Under the pieces are notes generated by a model. The model ran no database searches, had not been told where the DNA came from, and worked only from the letters and a program-made list of their open reading frames with translations. A stretch of DNA of 64,000 nucleotides from Octopus vulgaris. Taxonomy: Eukaryota. Where the stretch lies: contig OX597826.1 in assembly GCA_951406725.2 (NCBI GenBank), positions 47,430,001-47,494,000 on the forward strand. Reading direction: 5' to 3'. The position numbers were made by a program, and so were the translations under genes. Positions 29,149 to 45,365 of this stretch are shown one piece after another (position 1 is the first letter of the stretch; each line of letters begins with the position of its first letter).

Positions 29149-29235
29149 TATCCACCACCTGGCAACCTGTGTTGTTTTGTTTACGTTCCTTAAAATTTGC
29201 TGTTCGGCAACACTGGCCCACAGAATAAGGATCAG
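28877..29235 (+). mobile_element. SINE family A, 3'-truncated
   Basis: GGTAAGAAGTTTGCTTCTCAACCAC...ACCTTGGGTAGGTG...GGAGCCCGTC, microsatellite, partial 3' half. Confidence 0.85.
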
Positions 29236-29249
29236 GCGTGAAAAATCGT

Positions 29250-29578
29250 ACTATATGATTCCGGGTTCAGTTCCACACATGGTTCTGGGAATCAGTCCGT
29301 TTGCGTGTGGCACCTTGGGCAAGTGTCTTCTACTATAGCCTCGGGCCGACCAAAACCTTTGTGAGTGGATTTGGTGGACGGAAACTGACAGAAGCCCGTC
29401 GTATATATATATATATATATATGTGTTTCTGTGTCTCAGGTTATCCCTCTCGCACCATCGCGGTTCGGCGAAAAAGATCGATAGAATAAGTACTATGCTA
29501 AGTCCTGAGGTTTATTCGTTCGACTGCAGGCGCTGCTCCAGCATGGCCGCAATTAAATGCCAGAAACATGTAAAAAGG
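29250..29578 (+). mobile_element. SINE family A
   Basis: TGCGTGTGGCACCTTGGGCAAGTGTCTTCTACTATAGCCTCGGGCCGACC...CTCCAGCATGGCCGCA. Confidence 0.85.
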
Positions 29579-29680
29579 ATATATATATATGGATATACAT
29601 GCACGAATGAATGCAATCACACACTGCAAACATACTCAAACGCCATCCACTCCCTCTTTCATTTTCTGTCTGTCTGTCTG

Positions 29681-29720
<40 letters not shown>

Positions 29721-30266
29721 AAACACACACACACAAAACAAAACAAAATATATACACATATACAAGTATATACACCTATAACTTTTAAACAGAAGCAAAC
29801 TTCGCTCTTTCTTTCTCTCTTCTTCCCTCCCTCTCTCTCTCCCTGCTTCTTTCTCCTCTCTTTCTCTCCCTCTCTCTCTCTCGCACTCACGTACACAAAT
29901 ACAGGAACACACACACACACACACATCTACATATCAATGTATATACACGAACACAAACATACACACAATTCGACATGTACACGAACGGACTCGCGCACAC
30001 ACAAAACAATACGCATATCCGCCAAAATCCTCATTTCACACACACGTGCGAGCACAGATCCAAGCACATTCACACACGGATATACATACACACACATAAA
30101 AATACACATATGTACACACATACACAAACATACAAAATGACATGCTCACACACATGCGTATACAGATACACTGATGCAAACAGACAGACACACCACTCTT
30201 CACACACACACACACACAGATAATGGCATGCACACACACACACACAGACACACACACACACACACA

Positions 30267-30315
<49 letters not shown>

Positions 30316-30316
<1 letters not shown>

Positions 30317-30483
30317 CTCTTACTCTTTTACTCTTTTACTTGTTTCAGTCATTTGACTGCGGCCATGCTGGAGCACCGCCTTTAGTCGAGCAAATCGACC
30401 CCGGGACTTATTTTTTGTAAGCCCAGTACTTATTCTATCGGTCTTTTGCCGAACCGCTAAGTAACGGGGACATAAACACACCA
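30316..30483 (-). mobile_element. SINE family A, 3' half
   Basis: (ACTCTTTT)n-ACTTGTTTCAGTCATTTGACTGCGGCCATGCTGGAGCACCGCC... Confidence 0.9.
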
Positions 30484-30898
30484 AAAAATATACAAACACA
30501 CACAATCGAATATAAACATACGCACAAACAAAAAAATCTCTTCAAAAACACACTGATATACAAACACACACACACACACGCACAAGCACATATATACACT
30601 CGCGTACACAAAAACATATACATATACACAAATACATATACATATACACATATACACAAACATATACATATACACATATACACAACATATACACATATAC
30701 ACAAACATATACATATACACATATACACAAACAGTCTCGAGCCAGATGCTACACATATAACAGTCTACTTAGAGACATCAACAAACACACACGCACAAAA
30801 TTAAAAGTCACTGAATTTAAAACGCATACACACAGACATAGAGGAAAACTTTTCACAGCAGCGCAATCGCAGGCACCGCTTCTCTCACTCTTCTTAGC

Positions 30899-31003
<105 letters not shown>

Positions 31004-31183
31004 GTAAGCAGGCAGTAAAAACTTATTAACGGTGTGCCCTTCATGTATTCATATACAAGCGTCGTTCTGTGTGTCCCATAGCTCTATAGGAAATCTAAAG
31101 CAAAATATCCTTGCTTCTTTCTGCCAGTATTTTTTTCTTTTTCTCTCTATGTATGTATGTATGTATGTATGTATGTATGTATG

Positions 31184-31222
<39 letters not shown>

Positions 31223-31413
31223 GTATATATACATGCACATATCTATATATCTATCTATTTTTCTATCTATCTATCTTTGTGCCTATTCTTACTATCTTTT
31301 TAATTCTGTCTGTCTGACTGTATATATAATTACTATATGATATAATATATATTATATCATAATATATATATATATTGTATATATGCATGTGTTTGTGTGT
31401 GTGTTTGTATGTA

Positions 31414-31454
<41 letters not shown>

Positions 31455-31570
31455 GCATACATATATGTGTGTGTGTATACGTGTATGTATGTATGTATGT
31501 ATGTATGTATTTATGTATATATATATACATGTGTATATATATAAACTATACACACACACACACACACACA

Positions 31571-31606
<36 letters not shown>

Positions 31607-31968
31607 TGCATGCATGCATGTATGTATCTATGTACGTATGTATGTATGTATGTATGTATGTATGTGTGAATGTATGCATTCATGTATGTATGTATGTATG
31701 TATGTATGTATGTATGTATGTATGTATGTATAAGTAGATACATACATAATGCAATCAACCAAGGAGGAAGAAACGGTATTTGGAAAAATTCCTCCAACGA
31801 ATACTAAATACACCAGCAACCCGTCGATATGTAATTGCTAATTAACAAACAACCCACTAATTGAATGTGACTGCTCCAGCTGGAGCTAAATACCACGACA
31901 CAGACTGGGATAATAAGGCCCAAAACCTATATAAGTTACCTGAATTACATTCATAGAGTACATAATCC

Positions 31969-32031
<63 letters not shown>

Positions 32032-32058
32032 ATATAAATATATAGGCATGAATACCTG

Positions 32059-32094
<36 letters not shown>

Positions 32095-32197
32095 TACATA
32101 TATATATACAAATATATAAATATTTGTATGTATTTGCATTTGTATATATACACACACGTACATATACATATGGATATCTATATATGTATATAATGTA

Positions 32198-32319
<122 letters not shown>

Positions 32320-32715
32320 TGGTTATACTAGTTTTGCTACTCAGAGCATGCAGTAACCTCACAACTGTAGGAGATCCCGACCCCGCTCAAATATAATCGC
32401 AACACACATTTTTTTGTATTGAGTACTTTTTCCCTTTCTGTTTTTTCTTTTTTTTCTATTCTAAATATTTAATCGTTTGTGACGAATTGACAACGCGTCG
32501 AGCAATCCCCAGAGTATGTATAGGAAACCAAAAGAGGTCCGCCACTGAATGTAGCTGTCTATATGTATGTACGTGTGCATGTACGTATGTATGTATGTAT
32601 GTATGTATGTATGTATGTATGTATGTATGTATGTATGTATGTATGTATGTATGTATGTATGTATGTGTGTATGTATGTATGCATGTACGTATGTATAACT
32701 GTATGTATGTATTCA

Positions 32716-32800
<85 letters not shown>

Positions 32801-32802
32801 GT

Positions 32803-32866
<64 letters not shown>

Positions 32867-33051
32867 GTATATACGCAGAGATGTAGAGAGAAAGAGCGGA
32901 CAGACAAACAGACAGAGTTATATACACACACATCTATACACGTAGACATTTGTATTTTAATTGTATCTACAAGTCTACCTCATAGCTCTATACATATATA
33001 TATGTTTGTGTGTATATATAATATATATACATACATACATATGTATATACA

Positions 33052-33120
<69 letters not shown>

Positions 33121-33763
33121 CATGCATGTATGCGTGTTTCTCTGTACAACTATATGAATGAGGAGCAACGTGAATATCTATGCACCCTCATATACGCACG
33201 TATAAACTCGCTCGTGTGTGCTTGCGTGTGAGTGTGTGTGTGAAGAATATTTACGCGTGTATATATAATGACAAAGACTCATACGCGCACACACAGCATT
33301 GACCTAGGACTACGTAACCAAAATAAAGTACATACACCCACACGCATATACATACCCGCATGAATGCGCGTACACACACACAAAACTTTGCATTCCTACA
33401 CTTACACAAAACACATTCATACACACACGCACACACACACACACACACGCGAATGCAACCTCACACAAACAAAGAACGTAAAATTCATATTATAAACATA
33501 AAGAGTCTACACCGCGGTGTTCACATAGGAACAATCCATCCATGGGTTTGTGCAACCTTAAGTAATAAACAGATTACGAAGAAACCAGTAGGATTTCGCG
33601 TATTTCAGAGGCTTCTGTATAAATATACGTATATCGTGGCTTCTGTTTATACTCCCTAATCCATCATTTAATAAAGGAACGTATAGAGTGGATGTCACAA
33701 CTAAGTCATGCTTTGTAAGTTTTTGCAGATTTCACGATATGAATAATTAAAAAGCTATGGCCG

Positions 33764-33885
33764 GATGAAATGCTTGCCGATATTTCAGCGGTTTTATATT
33801 TTTGGGGTTCAATTCACGCCGGAGAGAACTTTGCCTTTCATCCTTAACGAACCGCTGATAAAACAAAGTATGGGGTTCGATGTAA
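33764..33885 (+). mobile_element. Degenerate family B-like SINE
   Basis: GAAATGCTTGCCGATATTTC...GTTCAATTCACGCC...ACTTTGCCTTTCATCC. Confidence 0.65.
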
Positions 33886-33960
33886 TCCATGAAGCTGCCC
33901 CACGGCCAAAAAAAGATTCATTACTAATTGTGCCTGAAGTGGAAATGATTGAGCTGGCAA

Positions 33961-34191
33961 AGGCGACAAGCTGGCAGAAACGTTAGCGCGCCGGGCGAAA
34001 TGCGTAGCCGTATTTCGTCTGTCGTTACGTTCTGAGTTCAAATCCCGCCGAGGTCGATTTTGCCTTTCATCTTTTCGGGAACGATAAATAATGTACCAGT
34101 TTTCCACTGGAGTCGATGTAATCGACTTAATCCCTTTGTCTGTTATTGTTTGTCCCCTCTGTCTTAAGCCCCTTGTGGGCAGTAAAGAAAT
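33961..34191 (+). mobile_element. SINE family B, full length
   Basis: Matches 5226-5460 end to end. Confidence 0.9.
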
Positions 34192-34480
34192 ACATTATTA
34201 CAAGTACTATTTGTGGTGAAGCTATGATGGTACTATTTACGTATACACACACACACACACACACAAATATATATATATATACATATATCTATGTGTGAGT
34301 GTGTGAATATGCATACCTAACAACGTGTATGTTAAATATGTAAGATAAAATATATAAACATGTATATACATATATGTCAATATATTTATATATACACACA
34401 CAAAATTATAAAATATGTGAAAATTAAGGTTATGTATTTGTATACAGGTATACACAGTAGTACGTGCACATATGTGAGTG

Positions 34481-34524
<44 letters not shown>

Positions 34525-34674
34525 GGTGTGTGTGTGTGTGTGTGTGTGTGCGTGTGTGTGTGTGTGCATGCATGTATATATAATATATATAAATATATAT
34601 ATAGATATAGATATATACATATGAATATATATATATATACATATACATATATACATATATATATACATATATAC

Positions 34675-34765
<91 letters not shown>

Positions 34766-35022
34766 TATATACAATATATACACATATATATATATATATA
34801 TATATCTGTATGTATGTATGTATGTATGTATGTATATATAACAACCTAAGTCTCGTCTCAGCGTATTTCGAAATTCAACAAGTACGTTGTGAATGTATAG
34901 TATCCATCCATGCCAATGCATGTGAATGTGAATGCAGCCTTGCACGGGTACATTAATAAACACATATATGTTTGTGTGCGCGCGCAAGTGAGCGTGCAGG
35001 TGCGAGTGTGTGTGTGTGAAAG

Positions 35023-35053
<31 letters not shown>

Positions 35054-35057
35054 GAAA

Positions 35058-35104
<47 letters not shown>

Positions 35105-35382
35105 TGACTGTGAAGGCATATGTGAGTATATGTAAATGGTGTGGGTGTGTGTGTGTGTGTGTGAAAAAATGCATGTATTTATGAATATTTCCTTGCTGAA
35201 TATGGAAGAGGGGTAGGGACACCCAACGCTTGAGTTCCCACCAAAACTAGAAAGATTCATGCCTCCTGCGTTTGTGATAAGTGTGTGGGGTGGGGGAGCT
35301 AAGCACGCGGCGTGTGTATGTAAATATACAAGCATACAGAACTATGTATAGAAGTACAAACTTGCATACATGCGTTCATTCA

Positions 35383-35499
<117 letters not shown>

Positions 35500-35610
35500 G
35501 TATGAATGTATGAATGAATGAACTTGAGTATGTATATATATACAGATACATTATATAGACAGATATATATACATGCTATGTATATGTATATATATATATA
35601 TATATCGATG

Positions 35611-35653
<43 letters not shown>

Positions 35654-35847
35654 GTATACATAGACATACCTGTATATATATGTTCGTATATATATATATA
35701 TATGTGTATATATAAGCATGTATGTACATATATACAGATATATATAAGCTAAATGGTATATAATTCTATTTACCTCTTCAGATAAAACATCTATGCGTTT
35801 GATTAGGAATATGTGGACTACACACATTCATAAATATATGTATGTAG

Positions 35848-35928
<81 letters not shown>

Positions 35929-36285
35929 TCATACATGCATACAAATATATTTATATGCACATATATATATATAAATGTATATGTATGTATATATATATAT
36001 ATATAATATTTTCATAGCTGGGTTACCTGCACGAGGTCCTCAGTCTCAATCTCCAGGTATCACGACAACTTTACTATTTCTTTAAATACATACTAGCATA
36101 TATACATACATATATACACACACGCATACATATGTACATGCATATATATATATATGTATAAATATATACATGTGTGTGTGTGTGTGAAAACATATATATA
36201 TATATATATAAAGGTTGATAGAGAAATATAGATACATATGGAAGCAAATATAGATAGATATGCATATAATGCATAGATAATAATG

Positions 36286-36363
<78 letters not shown>

Positions 36364-36814
36364 CAGAAGAACTTTAATTAATGGACACACGTATACATAT
36401 ATATACATATATATGCGCGCGTTTTTCTGTGTATACTCTTGTGTGTATAATCAGTCACGTAATTACATATATGTATTTATATATATGTATTTAAATATCT
36501 ATAAATATATATATTTATATTTATATCATAGATATAATTACATATTTGTTTTCTGCGACGATATATATACATGTATAGTTGTATGTCAATATATATATAC
36601 ATATATATATGCATATCTGTATATGTGTATATACATAAATATATATATATATGCATATACATACAAATATATGAATATATATATATATAAATATATATAT
36701 ATGTATACGTATATAAATATACGTCTATATATATATATGTATATAAATATACGTCTATATATATATATACATATATATGAATATATATATATATGTGTAT
36801 ATATATATATATAC

Positions 36815-36892
<78 letters not shown>

Positions 36893-37120
36893 ACATATAT
36901 ATATATACATACATATATATATTAAAATATTTGAATCATTAACGCTTGTAATTTTTTCAGGTTAAAATCTGTGGTAATGCTGGGGTACATATACATATAT
37001 TTTTAAACATACAAACATCTATACAATATGTTTATTCACTTTGATATACACATACATTTATATAAATGTATATATATCTGATCGTATATGTATATGTATA
37101 TATATATACCTATATATATA

Positions 37121-37185
<65 letters not shown>

Positions 37186-37432
37186 ATACGTATTCACATA
37201 CATATACAAACTCATACACGTATATACACTCATATATACTTCTATATACATAAGTGTATGGTCATGTATACATAAATGAACCTGCATGTCCTAGAAGTCT
37301 TTATGTTTGTGTGTGTCTACATAATTTTTGTAGCTATACCTGTATGTACGCTTCCAAGCACACATATATAGTATAAGACAGATAGATGTTTGGTAGATGT
37401 TCATGAAGAAATTGTGTTTGTATATATGTATA

Positions 37433-37488
<56 letters not shown>

Positions 37489-37718
37489 CGTGTGTGTGTT
37501 TGTGTGTGTACATATCTATATATGTCTCTCTCTCTCCACACACACACAAATATATACATATACAACTATTCATGCATGTATATTTGTATATATATGTATA
37601 CACATATACATATATATATATATATATGCATGTATGTAATATATATGTGTATATATATATATATATGCTTATATATATAAAGAGATGGAGAGGAATAGAA
37701 AGGGCGACAGATTGTGAC

Positions 37719-37962
<244 letters not shown>

Positions 37963-38490
37963 GTTCTTAACGCGGTGGTTAAATTTTGGAACGTATGCAT
38001 GTTGTTGAGGCGTATATGATTTTGTGAGTCTTGCTTTAAACAGATGCCATTTCCAAAATATATTTTGGAAATACCATCATTGCGACAATAAATTCCTGTT
38101 ATATATTCAATCACATTCACACACACCATCACCACCACCATCACCACCACCACCACCGAACGTGAGCCGGGAGAAACACACATAGAGACACACACGCAAA
38201 CACACGCACTCACGCACTCACACTCACACACACACACGTACATATATAAAATCATATATGCATATCTGCATGCATATATACATATATATATAGATATTCA
38301 CAAACGCGCGCGCACACACACCCACATAAATATATATATATACATGTGTGTGTGACTATAACTAAACTTACTTCCACATCTAAATAAGCATGTATATATG
38401 TATATGTATATACACCATTATGCATTTATATATATATAATCATATACACACATATATACACACACACATACATATATATATATATACACC

Positions 38491-38536
<46 letters not shown>

Positions 38537-38592
38537 TATCCATATATATAAAATCATATACACACATATATACATATATTCATACACACACT

Positions 38593-38639
<47 letters not shown>

Positions 38640-38687
38640 ACACATACATACATGCACATATATACATGCACACAACCACACACACAA

Positions 38688-38728
<41 letters not shown>

Positions 38729-39043
38729 CATGTCGAAATATACGGAGTGATTGTGCTGTGCATGCGTTCTTTCATAGGGTCTGCCATTTACTGGGAGGTA
38801 GGGAGCGAGTGACTGGGAGATATCCTTAAAACGGAAATTTGGTCTCTCCTGATATCACCCAAGGATCTGGCGGTGGCGTTTAACTGTCTACCGCGCACCA
38901 CACGGAAACATACTCATGCTTGAATGCACACATACACGCACCCACAGGATAACATATATGTAAATAACTGTAACAGTGTTTGTGTGAGAGTGATTATTGT
39001 GTGCGTATGTATAAATACACACACACACAAAGATATATATGTA

Positions 39044-39263
39044 TACTCTTTACTCTTTCACTTGTTTCAGTCATTTGACTGCGGCCATGCTGGAGCACCG
39101 CCTTTAATCAAGCAACTCGACCCTGGGACTTATTCTTTTGTAAGCCCAGTCCTTATTCTATCGGTCACTTTTGCCGAACCGCTAAATAACAGGGACATAA
39201 ACACACCAGCATCGGTTGTCAAGCAATGCTAGGGGGACAAACACAGATACACAAACACACACA

Positions 39264-39313
<50 letters not shown>

Positions 39314-39472
39314 TACTACGGGCTTCTTTCAGTTTCCGTCTACCAAATCCACTCACAAAGCTTTGGTCGGCCCGAGGCTATAGTAGAAGACACTTGCCCA
39401 AGGTGCCACGCAGTGGAACTGAACCTGGAACCATGTGGTTGGTAAGCAAGCTACTTACTACACAGCCACTCC
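39044..39472 (-). mobile_element. SINE family A, full length
   Basis: Reverse-complement match to 12546-13026. Confidence 0.92.
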
Positions 39473-39776
39473 AAGAAACAATTTAAGAATAACGGTCATT
39501 ACTTGTTTTTCTATTATTGGAGCAAATCTGGCTTACAGCTGTTTCCGGTTGTCATTGTAGGTACGTTACTGATAGGTTTACTCAACTGGTCTATTGATGA
39601 ATTGAGGACAATTGAAGAGCTAAAGAAAATGAATGTTACTTTCGTCAGAGCTTACAGATAGATAAGTTAGATAAATAGATAGATAGATTAATAGATAGAG
39701 AAGATATATATATATATGTGTGTGTGTGTATCTTTGTATCATTGCTGATGATGTGTGTGTGTGTATCTTTGTATCA

Positions 39777-39817
39777 TTGCTGATGAGACACCAATAAGGG
39801 TCGAAAATAAATTCAGG
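39777..39817 (+). ncRNA. Candidate hammerhead core
   Basis: CTGATGA-GAC(a)CC(aataa)GGGTC-GAAA-ATAAATTC: good boxes and stem II, but stems I and III are imperfect. Confidence 0.4.
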
Positions 39818-40639
39818 TTCATCACAGTTTTCTATGGAGTGATGGATTAATTTGATATACTTGTGCCTGTAGTATGTAGGTATACATACATCCATAAATG
39901 CACACACATACACAGATTAATACTATGATTGTGTGTGTATGTGCGTGTAGGTATATGTAAGCATGCGTGCATACGTGAGTCACACCGACAATACGTATAG
40001 GTTTGCTTATTCGGAAATTAGTCCTAAGTGAACTAGAGGCACACACACACACACACACATACACACACGCAACACCACACATGGACACGCAAACACGCGT
40101 GCGCACACGCACATGCATAGAAATCCGCGTCAATACAGACGTTTTTTGGCACCCAGGCTCATACACACTAACACCACACACTCAAGTACGCACGCGTGCA
40201 CACACCCACCCGCACACATGCACAGAGTCCAGCATACATACAGAAATACTTCTATACAATATGATATTCACAAGCACACACACACACACTGACACACACA
40301 CACACACAGAAACACACACATACACACACACACACACATATAAGTAATCATTCATTTGCATTTCTAACCTTAGATAAGCTTACATGTACACAAACACACA
40401 TGTATAAACCCGCAACCGGCCCTATATATGGTATATACACCCGTGGTGATAGTAAAGCAGTTTCTCAAATTATTTTACATACGCACACGCGCTCACAAAC
40501 ACATACTTGAATACAAACCCATACTTGAATACATATATGCATGCATACGCATACACATACGTATACGTAGAAACATACATCCACACATGGGCACATTACA
40601 TTTATATACACTCACATACACATACACACATATATATAT

Positions 40640-40930
40640 ATACACACACGCACACACATACATGCATACATACTTATACACACGCACACTCACACACACA
40701 CATATAGATATATACATATACACACACGCACGCACACATACATGCATACATACTTATACACACGCACACTCACATACACATACAGATATATACATATACA
40801 CACGCACACACACATACATGCATACATACTTATACACACGCACATTCACACACACACACATATATAGATATATACATATACACACACGCACACACACATA
40901 CATGCATACATACTTATGCACTCACACACT

Positions 40931-40968
<38 letters not shown>

Positions 40969-40975
40969 CATATAT
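40640..40975. repeat. Minisatellite, about 4 copies of a 76-84-bp unit built from microsatellite motifs
   Basis: CATGCATACATACTTAT recurs at 40661, 40741, 40817 and 40901. Confidence 0.85.
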
Positions 40976-40976
40976 A

Positions 40977-41134
40977 CGACGGGCTTTTTTCAGTTTCCGT
41001 CTACCAAATCCACTCACAAGGCTTTGGTCGGCCCCAGGCTATAGTAGAAGACAGTTGCCCAAGATGCCACACAGTGGGACTGAACCCGGAACCATGTGGC
41101 TGGGAACCACTCTTCTTATCACACACCCACTCCT
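40977..41134 (-). mobile_element. SINE family A, 5' half
   Basis: CGACGGGCTT...CTACCAAATCCACTCACAAGGC...GGGACTGAACCCGGAACCATGTGG. Confidence 0.9.
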
Positions 41135-41173
41135 ATATATATATGTGTGTGTGTGGGTGGGTGTATGCATGCT

Positions 41174-41220
<47 letters not shown>

Positions 41221-41534
41221 TCGCGCACACACACATATATATATATATACAGTCACACATATGCGTGCGTGTGTGCGTGTACGCGCGTTAACACATGCGT
41301 ATGCACTCACACACGCACATCTATTTAGAATGCATTTCAAAGTTACGCAAACTACAGCAGATATATATGCATGCACCCTTTTATTTCTCACACACATACG
41401 CACACACAAATATATACACACACAAACTTTGCTGCCATACACACGCAAATTTTTTGTTTTTTATAAATGTCTGTGTGAGTATGCGTTTGTGTGTGAGCGT
41501 GTGTATGTGTGTATGTGCGTGTGTGAGAGAGCGA

Positions 41535-41592
<58 letters not shown>

Positions 41593-41766
41593 ATGTGTGT
41601 GTTGTTTGTGTGTGTGTGTGTGTATGTGCGTGTGTGAGAGAGCGAGAGTGTGTGTGTGTTTGTATGTGTGTGTGTGTGTGTGTTTGCATGCGTGTTGTTT
41701 GCGTGGCGCCCGTAATCGTCAGTACATATTCATAATAAAGCATACCTTCACAAGCATACCTAACAA

Positions 41767-41847
<81 letters not shown>

Positions 41848-42015
41848 TGCATACATGCCCGCACATGCACTAGCGGTAGACACGCACAACACACCATTCA
41901 ACTCCCACACCCGGGTGTGTGTGGTGTGGTGTGGTATATGAGTTGACGGCGGAGACCTCTGCGTCACAGGTCAACATGCGAAATTACCCTTGATTCTCAC
42001 TTTCCTCTTTAGTTA

Positions 42016-42220
42016 AAGGCAGCGAGCTGGCAGAATCGTTAGCATGCCGGGTAAAATACTTAACGGTATTTCATTCGTCTTTATATATTCAATGTTCAAT
42101 TTACGCGGCGGTCGACCTCTGCCTTTCATCCTCTGGAGGTCGATAAAAAAAGTACCAGGGGGTTGATGTGATCGATTTATTCCCCGCCAGAAATTGCTGG
42201 CCTTGTGTCAAAATTAAAAA
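42016..42220 (+). mobile_element. Family B-related SINE with a shorter alternative tail
   Basis: AAGGCAGCGAGCTGGCAGAATCGTTAGC...GCCTTTCATCCTCTGGAGGTCGATAAAAAAAGTACCAG...AAATTGCTGGCCTTGTG. Confidence 0.8.
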
Positions 42221-42260
42221 AATCGTTTGCCTTTCGCCCATTCGGGTTCGATAAAATATG

Positions 42261-42861
42261 TACCTATTTCTTTACTACCCACAAGGGGCTAAACACAGAG
42301 AGGACAAAAGTGGACAGACAAACGGATTAAGTCAATTATATCGACCCCAGTGCGTAACTGGTATTTAATTAATCGACACCGAAAGGATGAAAGGCAAAGT
42401 CGACCTTAAGTACCTATTTCTTTACTACCCACAAGGGGCTAAACACAGAGAGGACAAACGTGGACAGACAAACGGATTAAGTCAATTATATCGACCCCAG
42501 TGCGTAATTGGTACTTATTTAATCGACCCCGAAAGGATGAAAGGCAAAGTCGACCTTAAGTACCTATTTCTTTACTACCCACAAGGGGCTAAACACAGAG
42601 AGGACAAAATGTGGACAGACAAACGGATTAAGTCAATTATATCGACCCCAGTGCGTAATTGGTACTTATTTAATCGACCCCGAAAGGATGAAAGGCAAAG
42701 TCGACCTTAAGTACCTATTTCTTTACTACCCACAAGGGGCTAAACACAGAGAGGACAAACGTGGACAGACAAACGGATTAAGTCGATTATATCGACCCCA
42801 GTGCGTAACTGGTACTTAATTAATCGACCCCGAAAGGATGAAAGGCAAAGTCGACCTTAAG
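42261..42861 (-). repeat. Tandem array of four 150-bp 5'-truncated family B SINE units
   Basis: Units start at 42261, 42411, 42561 and 42712. Each runs TACCTATTTCTTTACTACCCAC...GGCAAAGTCGACCTTAAG with few substitutions. Confidence 0.95.
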
Positions 42862-42939
42862 TACCATTTGAGTACTGGGGTCGATTAATCGCACGAAATT
42901 TCTGGCGTTCTGTCAAATATATCAAATCATCAATTTAGT

Positions 42940-43115
42940 CGCAGGCGTGGTTCTCTGGTAGGATGTTTGTTTCCCAATCGCATGGTTGCGGGTTCAGACC
43001 CACTGCATCGCGCACCTTGCACAACAGTCTTCTACTATAGCTATGCGAGTGGATTTGGTCGACGGAAACTGAAAGAAGCCCATCGTATTTATATATATAT
43101 ATATATATATATGCA

Positions 43116-43159
<44 letters not shown>

Positions 43160-43410
43160 TATGCATATACATACATACAAACACACATGTATACATGTGT
43201 GTGCGAGTGTGTGTGTGTGTCTTTGTGTCTGTGATTGTCATCCATCACCGCTTAACAACAGGTGATGTGTTTACGTCCTCGACCAAAGAGACCGACAGAA
43301 TAAGTTTGAAGCTCAAAAAAAAAAAAAAAAAAACTCTAGGATCGATACGTCCAACTGAAGTTCTTGTTGTCGATGCTGCAGCATGGCCCCAGTTTCATGA
43401 CTGAAAAACA
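42940..43410 (+). mobile_element. SINE family A, diverged
   Basis: CGCAGGCGTGGTTCTCTGGTAGG...GACGGAAACTGAAAGAAGCC...GCAGCATGGCC...ATGACTGAAA. Confidence 0.8.
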
Positions 43411-43431
43411 TAAATATGTGTGTGTGTGTGT

Positions 43432-43462
<31 letters not shown>

Positions 43463-43766
43463 AGTGTATGCATAAACACACGCATATAAATTAATAGGTT
43501 TATTCCATCAAGTGATCCTGGTATGGAAAGTAGGTACACAATGTATACAGCTAGTATAGATGACAAAATTTGGATAATTTAAGGAAACAAAAAAAATATT
43601 AACCATCCGTAAGTTACACACCTCGTCCCATATTGAAATCAAAGGAAATTTGAATAACCTGACTGTCAGCATAAAACTTCGCGGGTTTAGCAACTAAAGT
43701 TACTATAAATGCGAAAAATAATCCAACAAACCCAAAATTAAGAATTTCCAATCTATACTTTCTCGA

Positions 43767-44237
<471 letters not shown>

Positions 44238-44256
44238 TTATATATATATGTATATG

Positions 44257-44288
<32 letters not shown>

Positions 44289-44386
44289 TGTATGTATATA
44301 TACATACATACATATATAGAAGTGTGTGTGTGTGTGTGTATGTATATATGAAAATAAAAGCGCATATAATAATGCATACACCCAAA

Positions 44387-44530
44387 ATGGCTGAGTGGTA
44401 AAGAGCTTGCTTCCCAAGAACATGATTCCGGGTTCAATCCCACTACTGCATAGTACTTTCGGCAAGTGTCTTCTATAGCTTCAGGCCGACCAAAGCCTTG
44501 TTTTGAGTGGATTTCGAAGACGGAAACAGA
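44387..44530 (+). mobile_element. SINE family A, 5' half
   Basis: TGGCTGAGTGGTAAAGAGCTTGC...GGGTTCAATCCC...GGCAAGTGTCTTCT...GACGGAAAC. Confidence 0.85.
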
Positions 44531-45313
44531 CAGCCTTGGTTATTATCTCATTACGAAAAAAATATATGTGTGTGTGTGTGTGTGTGTCGTGCAGGGAAAC
44601 ACAAAGCACGCCCAAACACACACACACGCACGACATACAGGTATATACACAAATGTATATATCTGTGTTTATAGTTATACACACACGGTTTTCTCTTTTG
44701 AAAGAGTACCCTATATTTAGTTGGTTACTTGGCTGTTATTTCTTGCAGTAGGAGTGGGCACGTAACGGTGTCCCTTCATTATCATGCTATACACAGTATA
44801 AGTGTAGCAGCTACTCATTAAAAATGTCAGGGTTGTCACGGCTGGAATGGTTTCGTTAGCGGGTTGGCTCTATGTGAATTTCTGAATTTGACTGGGTTTA
44901 ACCTAACACAACATAGACACGATCACACGCACCCACATGCTGCTGCCACATATACATAAACACGTGTACGCACACGCACACGCACACGCACATGCATACA
45001 CTCTCGCGCACCCGCATGCAAGGTGCAAGTACCCAGTTAATAAACAGATAAGCCCGTGCTTACAGAAGCACACGCATTCGTTTATACTTGTAACACCCCA
45101 ATATCCACCCTTATATACCGTACATACATATAAATATATATATTATTTGCGCGCGTGTATGTGCGCGTGTGTGCGCGCGTGTGCATATCTGTGTGGGTGG
45201 GTGTGTACATACGTACAAATATATACATATATAAATATAAATATATATGTATATATATATATGTATGTATAAATTTGTACATAAATATACGTATATATAT
45301 ATGTATATATGCA

Positions 45314-45365
<52 letters not shown>

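Noticed and set aside
36008-36046. Minus-strand CTGAGGA...GAAA
   Set aside because: Stems I and III are missing.
42261-42861. CRISPR-like regular array and 107-aa repeated ORF
   Set aside because: Whole 150-bp units repeat with no unique spacers, they derive from a SINE, and the context is eukaryotic.
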